Made by a program: the position numbers and the translations under genes. A stretch of 64,000 bases of DNA from a virus, in IMG/VR virus record IMGVR_UViG_3300036818_000070, positions 16,166 through 80,165 of that record; one strand, given 5' to 3'. Below the pieces are notes generated by a model. It saw only the letters and a program-made list of their open reading frames with translations, was not told the DNA's origin and searched no databases. Below, piece after piece: positions 35,871-45,243 of this stretch. Numbering within the stretch: the stretch's first letter is position 1; every line of letters starts with the position of its first letter.

Positions 35871-37178
35871 ATGACCGCAACGCTGCTGGGCAGGCCGCAT
35901 ACATTCGAGCGCGGCGACAGGGTGTATCTCACCACGCCGATTCGGATTGTTACGCCCTCGCAGCAGGAGGTCGAGGAGTTCGCGTTCGCGTCCGCGGTCA
36001 AGACGAAGGCGCCCAACGAGAACATCGGCTGGCTTGAGGGCCGCTACGTCGAGGCTGGCAATGCCAACCTCAATGGCGCGATGTGGCTCTCGAACGAGCT
36101 GGCCGTGAAGGCGCTTACGCCGATGCTCATGCCGATCACCGTGATGCACGACCCGCGCACTGCCGTTGGCACAATCGCCGACTGCAAGCTGCAAAGCGAG
36201 ACGACGTCGCGCATTGACACGGTGCTGGCGGTCTGGCGGCATCGCTTCCCCGAGGTGTGGGAGGAGGCGGAAGCGAATGTCGCGGCGGGCACGATGATGC
36301 AGTCGATGGAGTGCTACGCGCCGTGGTACACGTGCGCCGACTGCAACCAGCAGTACATCAAGCTGCCGAACGGCGCCGAGCGCGCCTCGTGGTGTGACCA
36401 CCTACGGGGCAACGGCAGTTCACCCGGACGGCGTATATTAGGCGACGTCTGCTTCACCGGAACTGGATTGATCTTCGGAACTCGGGGAGGGGTCGGCGCC
36501 TACACAGAGGCGTATCTCGACCACTTCCATGATGAGGTCGCGGAGTACCACGAACGGTCACACGCTGAGAGCACGTACACGCCGAACCACAGGAGCACAA
36601 GTCAAATGGGTCTTGTCCAGATTGAAGAGTCGGAGCTGGCAACCCTCCGCCGCGAGCGTGACGAGGCTCGTGTGGAGGCCGACACTCTGAAGAACAGCAA
36701 CCGCGACCTGACGACCAAGGCCGAGCAGGCCGAGGCCGCACAGAAGGTCGCGGAGACGGCCGCCGAGGCCGCACAGAAGGCGCAGAAGGACTCCGAGGAG
36801 AAGGCGCAGGCCGCCACCCTCAAGAGCACGCGCCTGGGCGCACTCGGCGACGGCTTCATGGCCAAGCTGGGCGAGACCTCCAAGACGGTTCTCGGCGAGC
36901 TGGCGGGCACCGCTTCCGATGAGGCGTGGGAGCAGGCGGTCGCCGAGCGCGAGGAGCTGGTCAAGGCCAAGCGCGACGCCAAGGCCGACGGCACGCCCGC
37001 GCCGAAGGACGAGGGCGCAAGCACCACGGCGAACGGCTTCCAGGACGAGGAGGTCGCGAGCTTCATGGGCCGCGTCACCGCGCCGGAGGCCAGCGCCACC
37101 AACAACGACGTCAATGGCTCGACGGCCGTGCGGTCACTCGCTCGCTCGTTCGCCAAGCCGAAGAAGACCGCCGCCTAA
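35871..37178 (+). CDS. Prohead protease fused to scaffold
   Basis: NANLNGA, VMHD (His), QSMEC (Ser), CADC..CDH insert; coiled-coil C-terminus. Confidence 0.75.
   Translation: MTATLLGRPHTFERGDRVYLTTPIRIVTPSQQEVEEFAFASAVKTKAPNENIGWLEGRYVEAGNANLNGAMWLSNELAVKALTPMLMPITVMHDPRTAVGTIADCKLQSETTSRIDTVLAVWRHRFPEVWEEAEANVAAGTMMQSMECYAPWYTCADCNQQYIKLPNGAERASWCDHLRGNGSSPGRRILGDVCFTGTGLIFGTRGGVGAYTEAYLDHFHDEVAEYHERSHAESTYTPNHRSTSQMGLVQIEESELATLRRERDEARVEADTLKNSNRDLTTKAEQAEAAQKVAETAAEAAQKAQKDSEEKAQAATLKSTRLGALGDGFMAKLGETSKTVLGELAGTASDEAWEQAVAEREELVKAKRDAKADGTPAPKDEGASTTANGFQDEEVASFMGRVTAPEASATNNDVNGSTAVRSLARSFAKPKKTAA
36429..36442 (+). promoter_or_regulatory. Putative late promoter variant inside the protease gene
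   Basis: CGGCGTATATTAGG. Confidence 0.55.
36606..37178 (+). CDS. Nested in-frame scaffolding protein
   Basis: AGGAG at 36591, in-frame ATG, coiled coil, internal promoter motif upstream. Confidence 0.55.
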   Translation: MGLVQIEESELATLRRERDEARVEADTLKNSNRDLTTKAEQAEAAQKVAETAAEAAQKAQKDSEEKAQAATLKSTRLGALGDGFMAKLGETSKTVLGELAGTASDEAWEQAVAEREELVKAKRDAKADGTPAPKDEGASTTANGFQDEEVASFMGRVTAPEASATNNDVNGSTAVRSLARSFAKPKKTAA

Positions 37179-37198
37179 CAGGCGCCAGGTCAAGGACC

Positions 37199-37876
37199 AC
37201 GAGAGCCCGAGAGGAGCCCTGAAAGCACATGCCCGAGGCATTGACTCAAGTTGGCGCGTACCCGCTTCTGGGTGTTGGCCAGCTCCCCAACGTTTCCGTC
37301 GCCTCCCCTGGCGAGGTCTGGTCGCGGAAGCGCGCAAACGGGGTCATCGTCCCCGGCTCGTGCGTGCGTCCCGTCGAGGTCAACGGTGTCGATATGGTGC
37401 AGCCGGTCACGGCCGATGACACCGTCGTCGCCACCGGCAGCGGCATCCGCATCGAGCAGCTCTCCGTTGCCATGCGTCAAATCATGGTGCCGGACATCAA
37501 CCCCGGCTCGCAGTACAACCCGCAGCTCGGCCCGAACGAGATCGTCAACCTGGCGATTGCGGACAACGACTATGTCCGCGAGTACAAGACGGGTGTCCTG
37601 CACCTGACGCTGGTGAAGCCGGACGCGGACTACGCGGTCGGCGACATCGTCGGCTGGGACCCCGGCGCCGCCCGCCCCACCGGCAAGGCGACGGGCACCG
37701 GGGCCTGGGCGCGGATGGCCGACGACGAGAGCGTCGTCGCCAACACCGGCATCTTCGAGGTCCACACCAAGCCGCGTTACTACGGCTCAAACAACGAGTG
37801 CGTCCTGACTGTCCGCTTCCTGCGGAGCAACCAGTAGCGGCCACCACCACCGAGACGACGAGAGCCCGAGAGGAGC
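37199..37876 (+). repeat. Identical 19-bp ACGAGAGCCCGAGAGGAGC before decoration and capsid genes
   Basis: 37199-37217 and 37858-37876. Confidence 0.85.
37229..37837 (+). CDS. Capsid decoration/minor capsid protein
   Basis: Beta-rich; between scaffold and major capsid gene. Confidence 0.6.
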   Translation: MPEALTQVGAYPLLGVGQLPNVSVASPGEVWSRKRANGVIVPGSCVRPVEVNGVDMVQPVTADDTVVATGSGIRIEQLSVAMRQIMVPDINPGSQYNPQLGPNEIVNLAIADNDYVREYKTGVLHLTLVKPDADYAVGDIVGWDPGAARPTGKATGTGAWARMADDESVVANTGIFEVHTKPRYYGSNNECVLTVRFLRSNQ

Positions 37877-37886
37877 TACAGACGAA

Positions 37887-38825
37887 ATGGATGCCCTGGT
37901 AGAGCGCGCTCTTGCAGAGGTTGCGGCGGCCACAGACGAGGACCGCCGTGCCCTGCTGATGAGCGAGTCCAACGGGGCGCTGGGAGCTTACTTCCGGCGC
38001 CACCCGCAGGAGATGGAAGAGGTCGCGTTCGCGCTGTTCGATCAAGCGTGGGCCGACATGATGCAGGAGGACATTCTTCCGCGCATCATCGACGTCAAGA
38101 CCGTCGGGCTCGGCGAGGTTGACTGGGTGGATGAGGACCTGCGCGGCATGCACGCGTACTTCCAGGGCAAGGGCGGCCAGATTCTGTCCGACCTGCTCCG
38201 CTACCAGCGCACCCAGATGCCGCGCGAGGAGATGGCCATCGCCATCGACCTTCACCGTGACGAGATCGAACTGGACTTCTGGGGCACGTTCCAGAAGCTT
38301 CAGGACCAGGCCAACGAGAAGGTTCGTCAGCTCCCGGTCCGCCAGCTCATCACCCTGCTCCAGCAGGGCATCACGGCTGGTACGACGTTCGCCGAGGTCC
38401 CCGCCTCCACGTTGACCGCAAACAACGTGGACCCCGTGATCGACTTCGTGTCACAGCGCTCGAAGGGCAACGTCACGCTGATCGGCGCGCGCAACGCCGT
38501 CCGCGTCCTGTCCAACATCGGTGTGCAGTTCGGCATGAACGTCGCCGAGCGCATCTTCAACGCCGGACAGGTCGGCGTCTACAAGGGCTACCCGGTGGTC
38601 GAGGTCGAGAACTTCGAGGACTTCGGCGGCAATCTCGTCGTCCCGGTCAACGAGATCTGGGTCGTCGGCCAGAACGCGGGCCGTCTGACCTACTTCGGCG
38701 CGGACCCGAAGGTGCAGCAGCTCCCCCGTTCGGGCTTCTACGTCCGCTGGGAGAGCGCACGCGACGCGGGCATGCTGCTCTACGGCGTCGGCCGCGGGCG
38801 CATCGGGCGCATCGTCTTCTCCTAA
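37887..38825 (+). CDS. Major capsid protein
   Basis: 312 aa, synteny, strong codon bias, GVYKGYPVV motif. Confidence 0.8.
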   Translation: MDALVERALAEVAAATDEDRRALLMSESNGALGAYFRRHPQEMEEVAFALFDQAWADMMQEDILPRIIDVKTVGLGEVDWVDEDLRGMHAYFQGKGGQILSDLLRYQRTQMPREEMAIAIDLHRDEIELDFWGTFQKLQDQANEKVRQLPVRQLITLLQQGITAGTTFAEVPASTLTANNVDPVIDFVSQRSKGNVTLIGARNAVRVLSNIGVQFGMNVAERIFNAGQVGVYKGYPVVEVENFEDFGGNLVVPVNEIWVVGQNAGRLTYFGADPKVQQLPRSGFYVRWESARDAGMLLYGVGRGRIGRIVFS

Positions 38826-38871
38826 GACCTGACGACAGACCGACCGTAGAACCAGAGAGGACTGACACCTA

Positions 38872-39267
38872 ATGAGCAGCGGAACTCCGCAGAACGTATG
38901 GGGCGTCAGCGCCGTCATCTCCATCGAGACGACAGACGCGAGCGACGCCGCCACCGCCCTGACCACGGCCATCTCGGACATCAAGTCCGGGCTGACTTCG
39001 CTCGCAAACGGCACGGAGTTCTCGGTCCCCGAGATCGACGGCTCGCCGCAGTTCGATGAGGCGGACGGCGCCAACGGCTCGTTCTCCCTCAGCGAATGCC
39101 AGCTCATCGTGGCCGCGGTCACCGAGGCGACCGCGCAGAGCGCGGCTGAGTCGGCACAGACCGCCATCAACACCGCCATCGAGTCGATCACGCCGACGGT
39201 CACCGTCACGCTGGAGCAGGAGACCGACGGGGCGCAGGGCGGCTTCGTCTTCGACCTCCTCCAGTAG
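38872..39267 (+). CDS. Acidic hypothetical (structural?) protein
   Basis: GAGAGG RBS; follows capsid gene. Confidence 0.6.
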   Translation: MSSGTPQNVWGVSAVISIETTDASDAATALTTAISDIKSGLTSLANGTEFSVPEIDGSPQFDEADGANGSFSLSECQLIVAAVTEATAQSAAESAQTAINTAIESITPTVTVTLEQETDGAQGGFVFDLLQ

Positions 39268-39289
39268 CTCACAAGACGCACAGCACACA

Positions 39290-39334
39290 ACTTCCCCCCG
39301 GCAGCGTTCCGTCACTTCTCTGCCGGGGGGAAGT
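39290..39334 (+). terminator. 15-bp hairpin (terminator or mRNA stabiliser)
   Basis: ACTTCCCCCCGGCAG/CTGCCGGGGGGAAGT; no clear U tract. Confidence 0.55.
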
Positions 39335-39369
39335 CCCTTGGTGAACACACCGCGAGAGGAGTAACGGAG

Positions 39370-40221
39370 ATGGACACAGCAGCAACACTGGCTATCGACA
39401 AGCTCGAATACCAGAACAACACGTCCGGCTGGATTGGCGTGGTCATTCTCGACCACGACGGCAAGCCGACCGGCGTCAATGTCGAGCCCGGTGGGACCAT
39501 CTGGCTGTCCGAGCAGGAGGCCATTCTCACCGCCCGAGCGCCGCGACGCGCCGAGGACAACCCCTTTGAGGAGCGCGAGTACATCGTCATGAACGATGGT
39601 CGTCGCGAGCCGATGAAGATGCGTCCGCTTACGCTCGTGAGCGGCGACGCGCAGTCGGTCAAGCCCAACGACCGCTTCGTGCCCGGAGTCACGCAGGACG
39701 CCGAGGCGCGCGCTGAGATCGAGCGCGCGGCGCACGACGGCTCACCGACCGCCATCCGCACCGACGCGCAAGTCCGCGCCGAAGCCGCCGTCACCGGCTC
39801 GACGCCCCAGCAGGGCGTGCCAGTACCACCCGCGCCGGTCATCCAGCCGGGCGCCCCCGAGGCCAGCGACGGCGAGACGGAGTACGAGGAGGGTCGCGAG
39901 AGCTGGACCGAGCCCGAGGCGCCCGGCCAGGTGCTCCAGGGAAGCCTCCAGGGCGACGACGGCGTCGAACCGGACCTGAGTGACCCGACCGAGTCAAAGC
40001 CCGGCGACGTCGTTCATCAGCAGCCCGCCGCAGTTGCGCAGACCGTGGGCGCGCAAGGCGCTCCCGAGGAGGAGCATGCGCAGCAGGTGGACCAGGGCAT
40101 CGGCGAGGAGACCGGGGCCGCACGGCCCCCGGTCGGCGACCAGCCGGAGGGCGAGTACGCCATCCATGAAGAGGTCGGCACGCCGCTGAACGAGGACGAC
40201 ACCGAGGGCCTTATCGGCTGA
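39370..40221 (+). CDS. Head-associated protein with acidic disordered tail
   Basis: GAGAGGAG RBS; globular N-terminus, E/D/P-rich C-terminus. Confidence 0.65.
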   Translation: MDTAATLAIDKLEYQNNTSGWIGVVILDHDGKPTGVNVEPGGTIWLSEQEAILTARAPRRAEDNPFEEREYIVMNDGRREPMKMRPLTLVSGDAQSVKPNDRFVPGVTQDAEARAEIERAAHDGSPTAIRTDAQVRAEAAVTGSTPQQGVPVPPAPVIQPGAPEASDGETEYEEGRESWTEPEAPGQVLQGSLQGDDGVEPDLSDPTESKPGDVVHQQPAAVAQTVGAQGAPEEEHAQQVDQGIGEETGAARPPVGDQPEGEYAIHEEVGTPLNEDDTEGLIG

Positions 40222-40225
40222 CGCT

Positions 40226-40603
40226 ATGCCGCCGACGCTCAATGAGCGGGCCATCACTCTCTACAACCAGAGCGGCGGCTTCGACATTCAGCAGGTCGCC
40301 GCGATTCTGGGCGTCGATGCTGCCGACGTCGCGGAGGCGATCTACAACCCCGGCTATGAGATACCCGACCCCAACACTGGCGACAACGGTGGAGGGTCGG
40401 GTGCCGAGGTCCAGGTCTTCGAGTTCGAGGAGCCGTCGAGCGAGTGGGTCTGCCACCACAACCTCGGCAGGGACCCGCTCATCGCGGTGTATGACTTACA
40501 GGGCAACTTGCGTCCGTTCGTACCTGCGGAGCAGAGCGAGGACGACAACACCACAACGCTCACTCCGACTCCGCCCCTCGCGGGCAAGGTGGTAATCGCA
40601 TGA
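40226..40603 (+). CDS. Fibre/decoration-like protein
   Basis: WVCHHNLGRDP motif; N-terminus shared with the 32681 gene. Confidence 0.65.
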   Translation: MPPTLNERAITLYNQSGGFDIQQVAAILGVDAADVAEAIYNPGYEIPDPNTGDNGGGSGAEVQVFEFEEPSSEWVCHHNLGRDPLIAVYDLQGNLRPFVPAEQSEDDNTTTLTPTPPLAGKVVIA

Positions 40604-41415
40604 CTCTCGCCGTAGACAGCAATCTCGATTTCCAGAGCGTCAACACGGCGGTCAATCTGCCGACGCCGATCAGCTCCGGCGACGCTGCGAACAAGGCGTA
40701 CGTGGATGCGGTGGCACAGGGCATCATCTACAAGGAGGCGGTTGCCGCCGTCTCCACGACGAACGTCTCGGTCGCGTCGCCCGGTGCCATCGGCTCAGCC
40801 TCGACGGGGGACCGCGTACTGCTCGCGGGGCAGACGACTGAAAGCGAGAACGGTCTCTGGACTTGGAACGGCGCGACGTCGGCGCTAACCAGGACGCCGG
40901 ACTTCGACACTGGGTCTACCCAGGAGCCGGGAACCTCGGTGTTCGATGAGGGCACTGACACGTCCTGGACACTCATCAATACCGGCAATGTGACAGTGGA
41001 CACGACCGATCAGTCGTGGACGCAGACGACAAGCGCCGGGTCGCTGACCTTCGATGCGCCGCTGACACAGAGCGGAAGCACCGTGAGCCTCAACGGCGGC
41101 GACCCGCTCGATGTCACCGACGGCGGCACGGGCGCCTCGACGCCCGCTGGCGCGCGCTCGAACCTCAACGCCACCGGGAAGTATGCGACGACGGTTGGTG
41201 ACGCTTCCGCCACCTCGTTCACCATTACCCACAACCTCGGCACTACGGACATCCAGGTATCCGTGTACGACATGGCGACGGGTGCTCAGGAGCTGGTTGG
41301 CGTCACGGTCGATACCGTGAACACCTGCACGGTTGGTGCATTCGGAAGCGCTCCGGCCGCCGCCACTGGCACGATCGGCTCGGGCACGGGTAAGCGGGTC
41401 GTTGTCATCGGATGA
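40600..41415 (+). CDS. Fibre-like structural protein
   Basis: DAANKAYVD, GDRVLLAGQT..ENGLW, GGTGAST..ARSNL, ITHNLGT. Confidence 0.75.
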   Translation: MTLAVDSNLDFQSVNTAVNLPTPISSGDAANKAYVDAVAQGIIYKEAVAAVSTTNVSVASPGAIGSASTGDRVLLAGQTTESENGLWTWNGATSALTRTPDFDTGSTQEPGTSVFDEGTDTSWTLINTGNVTVDTTDQSWTQTTSAGSLTFDAPLTQSGSTVSLNGGDPLDVTDGGTGASTPAGARSNLNATGKYATTVGDASATSFTITHNLGTTDIQVSVYDMATGAQELVGVTVDTVNTCTVGAFGSAPAAATGTIGSGTGKRVVVIG

Positions 41416-42263
41416 GCCTGCCGGTTGACACCCCGCTCGATCTCGGTCAGCTCGGGAGCAGCCCCTCAGCCCCGGCTTCGGGTCGCCTGCGCATATGGGC
41501 GGACTCGGATGGCTCCGTGTATGTCACGGACAGCTCGGGCACCACTACGCTCGTCGGCCCCGGCCTGACTGCGGCCGACGTCACTAACGCCGCCGACACC
41601 AGCTCGGACGACGTGCAGGAGTTCACGGGGTTCGTGGAGACGCCTGTGCTGATCTCCTCTGGATACGCGGGCGCGACCTATGGACTCGACGGCACCAACC
41701 GCTTCCTGGGGGCCACGAGTAGTGGGCCGCCGAGTGGCTACCCCATCTCGGGATGGCTGGAGGGCGACTGGTGCCTCGACCTGACGGGCGCGATATGGAT
41801 GTGCACGACCGCCGGGAAGCCTGGCACCTGGACGAACCTCACTAGCGCGGCGAACATTGGACTGGGCTCGGCCGCGATGATTCAGTCCTCCACAACGCAA
41901 GCGGTGACGGCAGCCACCTTCACGCCGATCACGATGCCTTCGACCGTGTGGGACTACTCGTCCGGCGACGCGATGACCGCCACCGCCAGCCGGTTGACAG
42001 CCCCGGTGGCGGGTCTCTATCTCGCGACGGGCTGGATTGAGTACCAGGAGGCCACTGAGGTCGCCCTTGAGGCGAACATACGCTGGAACGGAGCCACCTA
42101 CGACCAGCCAGAAGAGGAGCCCGGAGTCTCGACAAGTCAAACGACCGGGCAGGCCACGGCCATGATGAAGCTAGCAGCCGGAGGGTATGCCGAGCTGGTG
42201 GGGTGGTCATCGGCGGCCGTAACCGTCCACTACGGGGCACTGCAAATGGCAAGAATCGGATGA
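41412..42263 (+). CDS. Fibre-like protein with C1q-like tip
   Basis: WMCTTAGKPGTW; LTAPVAGLYL..G; LAAGGYAEL. Confidence 0.7.
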   Translation: MSLPVDTPLDLGQLGSSPSAPASGRLRIWADSDGSVYVTDSSGTTTLVGPGLTAADVTNAADTSSDDVQEFTGFVETPVLISSGYAGATYGLDGTNRFLGATSSGPPSGYPISGWLEGDWCLDLTGAIWMCTTAGKPGTWTNLTSAANIGLGSAAMIQSSTTQAVTAATFTPITMPSTVWDYSSGDAMTATASRLTAPVAGLYLATGWIEYQEATEVALEANIRWNGATYDQPEEEPGVSTSQTTGQATAMMKLAAGGYAELVGWSSAAVTVHYGALQMARIG

Positions 42264-42274
42264 GGCGGCTGTAG

Positions 42275-43198
42275 ATGATCGCGGCGACTATCGGCACGCA
42301 GTTCACGGCCTACACCGAAGAGGGTGTGACAGGGCTGGTCGGAACCATCGGAGTCACGCTCCAGGACGACCAGGGTAACGTCATCCAGGAGCGCACGACC
42401 GAGAACATCGCGGAGGTGGCGACCGGGTCCGGCATCTACCAGTACACCGGCACTGCGCCGCTCAAGCCGGGGCCATATGTGGTGACGTGGGACACGGGTG
42501 GCGACCCGCCACAAACCTTCAACGAGATGATGCTCGCCACGCCAGCCGTCACCCACGGAGGCGAGATCGAGACCGTCGCCGACCTTACGGACCTCTTGGT
42601 GCTGGTGCCGTGGGCCAAACGCGCGTGCGAGGGGCCATACGGACCGCCCCCTGGACAGTCCACGCTGACCAATGATCTGCTGTATCCGATGGTCGCCGAC
42701 GCCTGCTCCGAGATCATCTTGTACTCGGGGTCGCTGTTTGGCCACCAGCTTCATGTCAAGAGTCGTGACCCCACCGCGGGATTCCCGACGGGCTGGCGAA
42801 CCGACAAGGTTCTCAACCAGTGGGAGGGCGCGGTCGTCATCTGTCAGGTTGCACTCGACTATCTGCGCTTCCTGTACCGCGACCTCAAGACCACCCTGTC
42901 CATCAAGAATGAGGGCACCGAGTATTCCTACTCGATGTCACCGACCATCGTGGCGGCGTGGATCAAGCAGCTTCAGTCCGACCGCGACAAGGCCATCGAC
43001 GGGCTCCGCGCGCACAACGTCGTGCTCGATCAGTACGCCTCCAACATCCGGGTGCGCGACCCGGCAACTGTGGCGATCTTGGAGTGGTGGGACACCAACG
43101 AGTTTGACGGTGTCGGCTCGCTCGGAATGCCGGGCGGCCAGGAAGCGGCCGTCATTCCGTGGACCCCCGGCTGGTCTGGCCCAGGCTTCACGCCATGA
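42275..43198 (+). CDS. Head-tail adaptor with N-terminal Ig-like domain
   Basis: GSGIYQY...PGPYVVTW then helical domain with SIKNEGTEYSYS; synteny. Confidence 0.55.
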   Translation: MIAATIGTQFTAYTEEGVTGLVGTIGVTLQDDQGNVIQERTTENIAEVATGSGIYQYTGTAPLKPGPYVVTWDTGGDPPQTFNEMMLATPAVTHGGEIETVADLTDLLVLVPWAKRACEGPYGPPPGQSTLTNDLLYPMVADACSEIILYSGSLFGHQLHVKSRDPTAGFPTGWRTDKVLNQWEGAVVICQVALDYLRFLYRDLKTTLSIKNEGTEYSYSMSPTIVAAWIKQLQSDRDKAIDGLRAHNVVLDQYASNIRVRDPATVAILEWWDTNEFDGVGSLGMPGGQEAAVIPWTPGWSGPGFTP

Positions 43199-43644
43199 GC
43201 TTCACGATCGGCACCGGAGACGTCGCGGACTTCGTAGCGGCACAGGACTCGCTCCGCGCGCAACTCGGCGCCGAGGTTACGTTCGGCGTCCCAACCGACC
43301 CGCAGTGGCCCGAGGGCACGGCCATCAACGCCGACACCGGCGTGCCGTTCGACGCAACGGTAGTTCAGTCGAACGCCGAGTTCGACTACACGACGATCAC
43401 CTGCCTGGTCATCGAAAAGCAGGGGTCGCCGCTACGACCACAGGCGGATACCTACTTCAACCAGTCGGGCTTTCGCTCTGGCATGGACATCATCTTGGAC
43501 GTGGCCACTGCCGACTACGAGGCCACCGTGGCCAACGCGACGACGTTCACGGTCGATGGAGACGACTTCTCGGTCGAGGAAGCCAAGCCCTTCTCGATCG
43601 GCACGACCATCTATCGGTACATCGTCTACGGAGCCGCCAAGTGA
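43195..43644 (+). CDS. Head closure/stopper protein
   Basis: Synteny; FTVDGDDFSV. Confidence 0.5.
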   Translation: MSFTIGTGDVADFVAAQDSLRAQLGAEVTFGVPTDPQWPEGTAINADTGVPFDATVVQSNAEFDYTTITCLVIEKQGSPLRPQADTYFNQSGFRSGMDIILDVATADYEATVANATTFTVDGDDFSVEEAKPFSIGTTIYRYIVYGAAK

Positions 43645-44195
43645 GCACGAACACGCCCAACCTCCTGCGCGCCGAGTTGGTCGAAGCATCCGTGCGCCGC
43701 TGCCTCATCTCACTGCTGCCGAACTACGGCATGGTCATGCAGCAGGAGGGCTTCAGCGGCCCGGCGCCCAACGTCGTCTTCCGGGAAGCGTTCCCAACAC
43801 CCGACGAGCGCGAAAGCGAGCTGACAGTAACCACCGTGTCCTTCGGCTTCAGTGTCGATGACGGCGGCGTCCCCGCCGAGCTGGGCACGACGCTGACGAA
43901 GTATGTCCACACGATCACGGCCTGGGTGTTCGCGCTTGAGCCGCGCTTCGGGCGCAAGGTCGCCTGGGCGATGCAGGCGGCGTCACGTATCGGCCCCGGT
44001 CCCTATGGGCTGCCGGACACCATCCCGTTACTGGACTTCAACGCGGACCCAGACGACCCGCCGCAGATCGACATTCTTTGCACGCTCGGCTCCCAGGTAG
44101 CGCACCAGGGCAACAACAGCATCCGACCGTGGGACAAGTACGTGTGGACGACGACGATCAACGTCCGCGACATCGCCGAGGTGGACGCTTCGTGA
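43641..44195 (+). CDS. Tail terminator/completion protein
   Basis: Synteny; PAELGT, IPLLDF. Confidence 0.5.
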   Translation: MSTNTPNLLRAELVEASVRRCLISLLPNYGMVMQQEGFSGPAPNVVFREAFPTPDERESELTVTTVSFGFSVDDGGVPAELGTTLTKYVHTITAWVFALEPRFGRKVAWAMQAASRIGPGPYGLPDTIPLLDFNADPDDPPQIDILCTLGSQVAHQGNNSIRPWDKYVWTTTINVRDIAEVDAS

Positions 44196-44899
44196 GCTTC
44201 ACCGTCCCAGGCGGGAGAAGCGACTTCCACGAGTTCGCCTTCGTGTGCTACGGCAAGGACATCCCCGACGTCATACGCAACGCCGTGGACATCCAGGCGG
44301 TGGCCGAGAAGGTCGGCTACGCCACCTACGCCGACCGGCTCGGGCGCGCGCTGGACACGCTCACGCGCGACATGGAGCACCTCGGCGAGCAGATGGCCGT
44401 CCTCGGCACCCTCACGCTACGACAGATCGAGCGCGCCACCCGCGTCAGGCCGGAGGCTCACCGCTCCGGTCACAAGAGCCTCAACGACTCCCTCTATGCA
44501 CGTCCGCTCGCGATACCCGGCGGCATTGGCATCGCCGACTTCGTCGTGCTCGATCGCGATGTCCGCTGGTGGCCCACCAACGAGTTCGGTTCCAACGCAC
44601 GCGTCGGCGGCCGACTGTTCGGAACATTCACAGGCGGCTCGGGCGACTCGCCACCGGACCCCTCACAGTTTCGCCAGCACGCCATGTTCGAGTCCGGCGA
44701 CGGCCCCGACGCAGGGCTTGGCATCATCACGAACCCGATACCGGCCAGGCACTTCATCGAGGAGTCCGTCAAGGTCATCGACAAGGAGTGGCGAGCCAAG
44801 TACGACGCGGTCGTCGGCGCGTTCAACTCACAGCTAGACGACCTCCTCAAAGAGGTCGCGCGCCAGCTCAAGGCACAACGGGCCGGGGGCCTGCCGTGA
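44192..44899 (+). CDS. Neck/tail-completion protein (HK97 gp10-like)
   Basis: NEFGS...PIPARHFIEES. Confidence 0.55.
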   Translation: MSFTVPGGRSDFHEFAFVCYGKDIPDVIRNAVDIQAVAEKVGYATYADRLGRALDTLTRDMEHLGEQMAVLGTLTLRQIERATRVRPEAHRSGHKSLNDSLYARPLAIPGGIGIADFVVLDRDVRWWPTNEFGSNARVGGRLFGTFTGGSGDSPPDPSQFRQHAMFESGDGPDAGLGIITNPIPARHFIEESVKVIDKEWRAKYDAVVGAFNSQLDDLLKEVARQLKAQRAGGLP

Positions 44900-45243
44900 G
44901 CAGTCTTGCGCGCCAACGGCAGTCGGGTGGAAAGCGCCGAGCGGCGTATATTAGCCCCAACCCCAAGGGCGATAGGGGGGTGGACCTGGCGGCCACCCTC
45001 CACAGGCGGCGGAAGAACGCGATGATCTCGCTGCTCAGCGAGTTCGAGACCGAAATCCAGCCCCTGATCGCCGGGAACGAACAGGCAATCGAGCATTTCA
45101 AGAGGAGCTGTCGAGAGAAACTGAACGCGGTCACGTTCGAGGCCATTGAGCTGATGCAGCTCGGGCCTGGCGAGGAGCTGAACGAACTGGCGGTCGATCT
45201 CACAGCACGTCTTCAGTCCGGCGATAACGGAGGCACCAAGTAA
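44896..45243 (+). CDS. Hypothetical protein
   Basis: GTGA overlap; stop abuts next ATG; start uncertain. Confidence 0.55.
   Translation: MSSLARQRQSGGKRRAAYISPNPKGDRGVDLAATLHRRRKNAMISLLSEFETEIQPLIAGNEQAIEHFKRSCREKLNAVTFEAIELMQLGPGEELNELAVDLTARLQSGDNGGTK
44942..44954 (+). promoter_or_regulatory. Putative late promoter variant upstream of the tail tube gene
   Basis: CGGCGTATATTAG. Confidence 0.5.
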
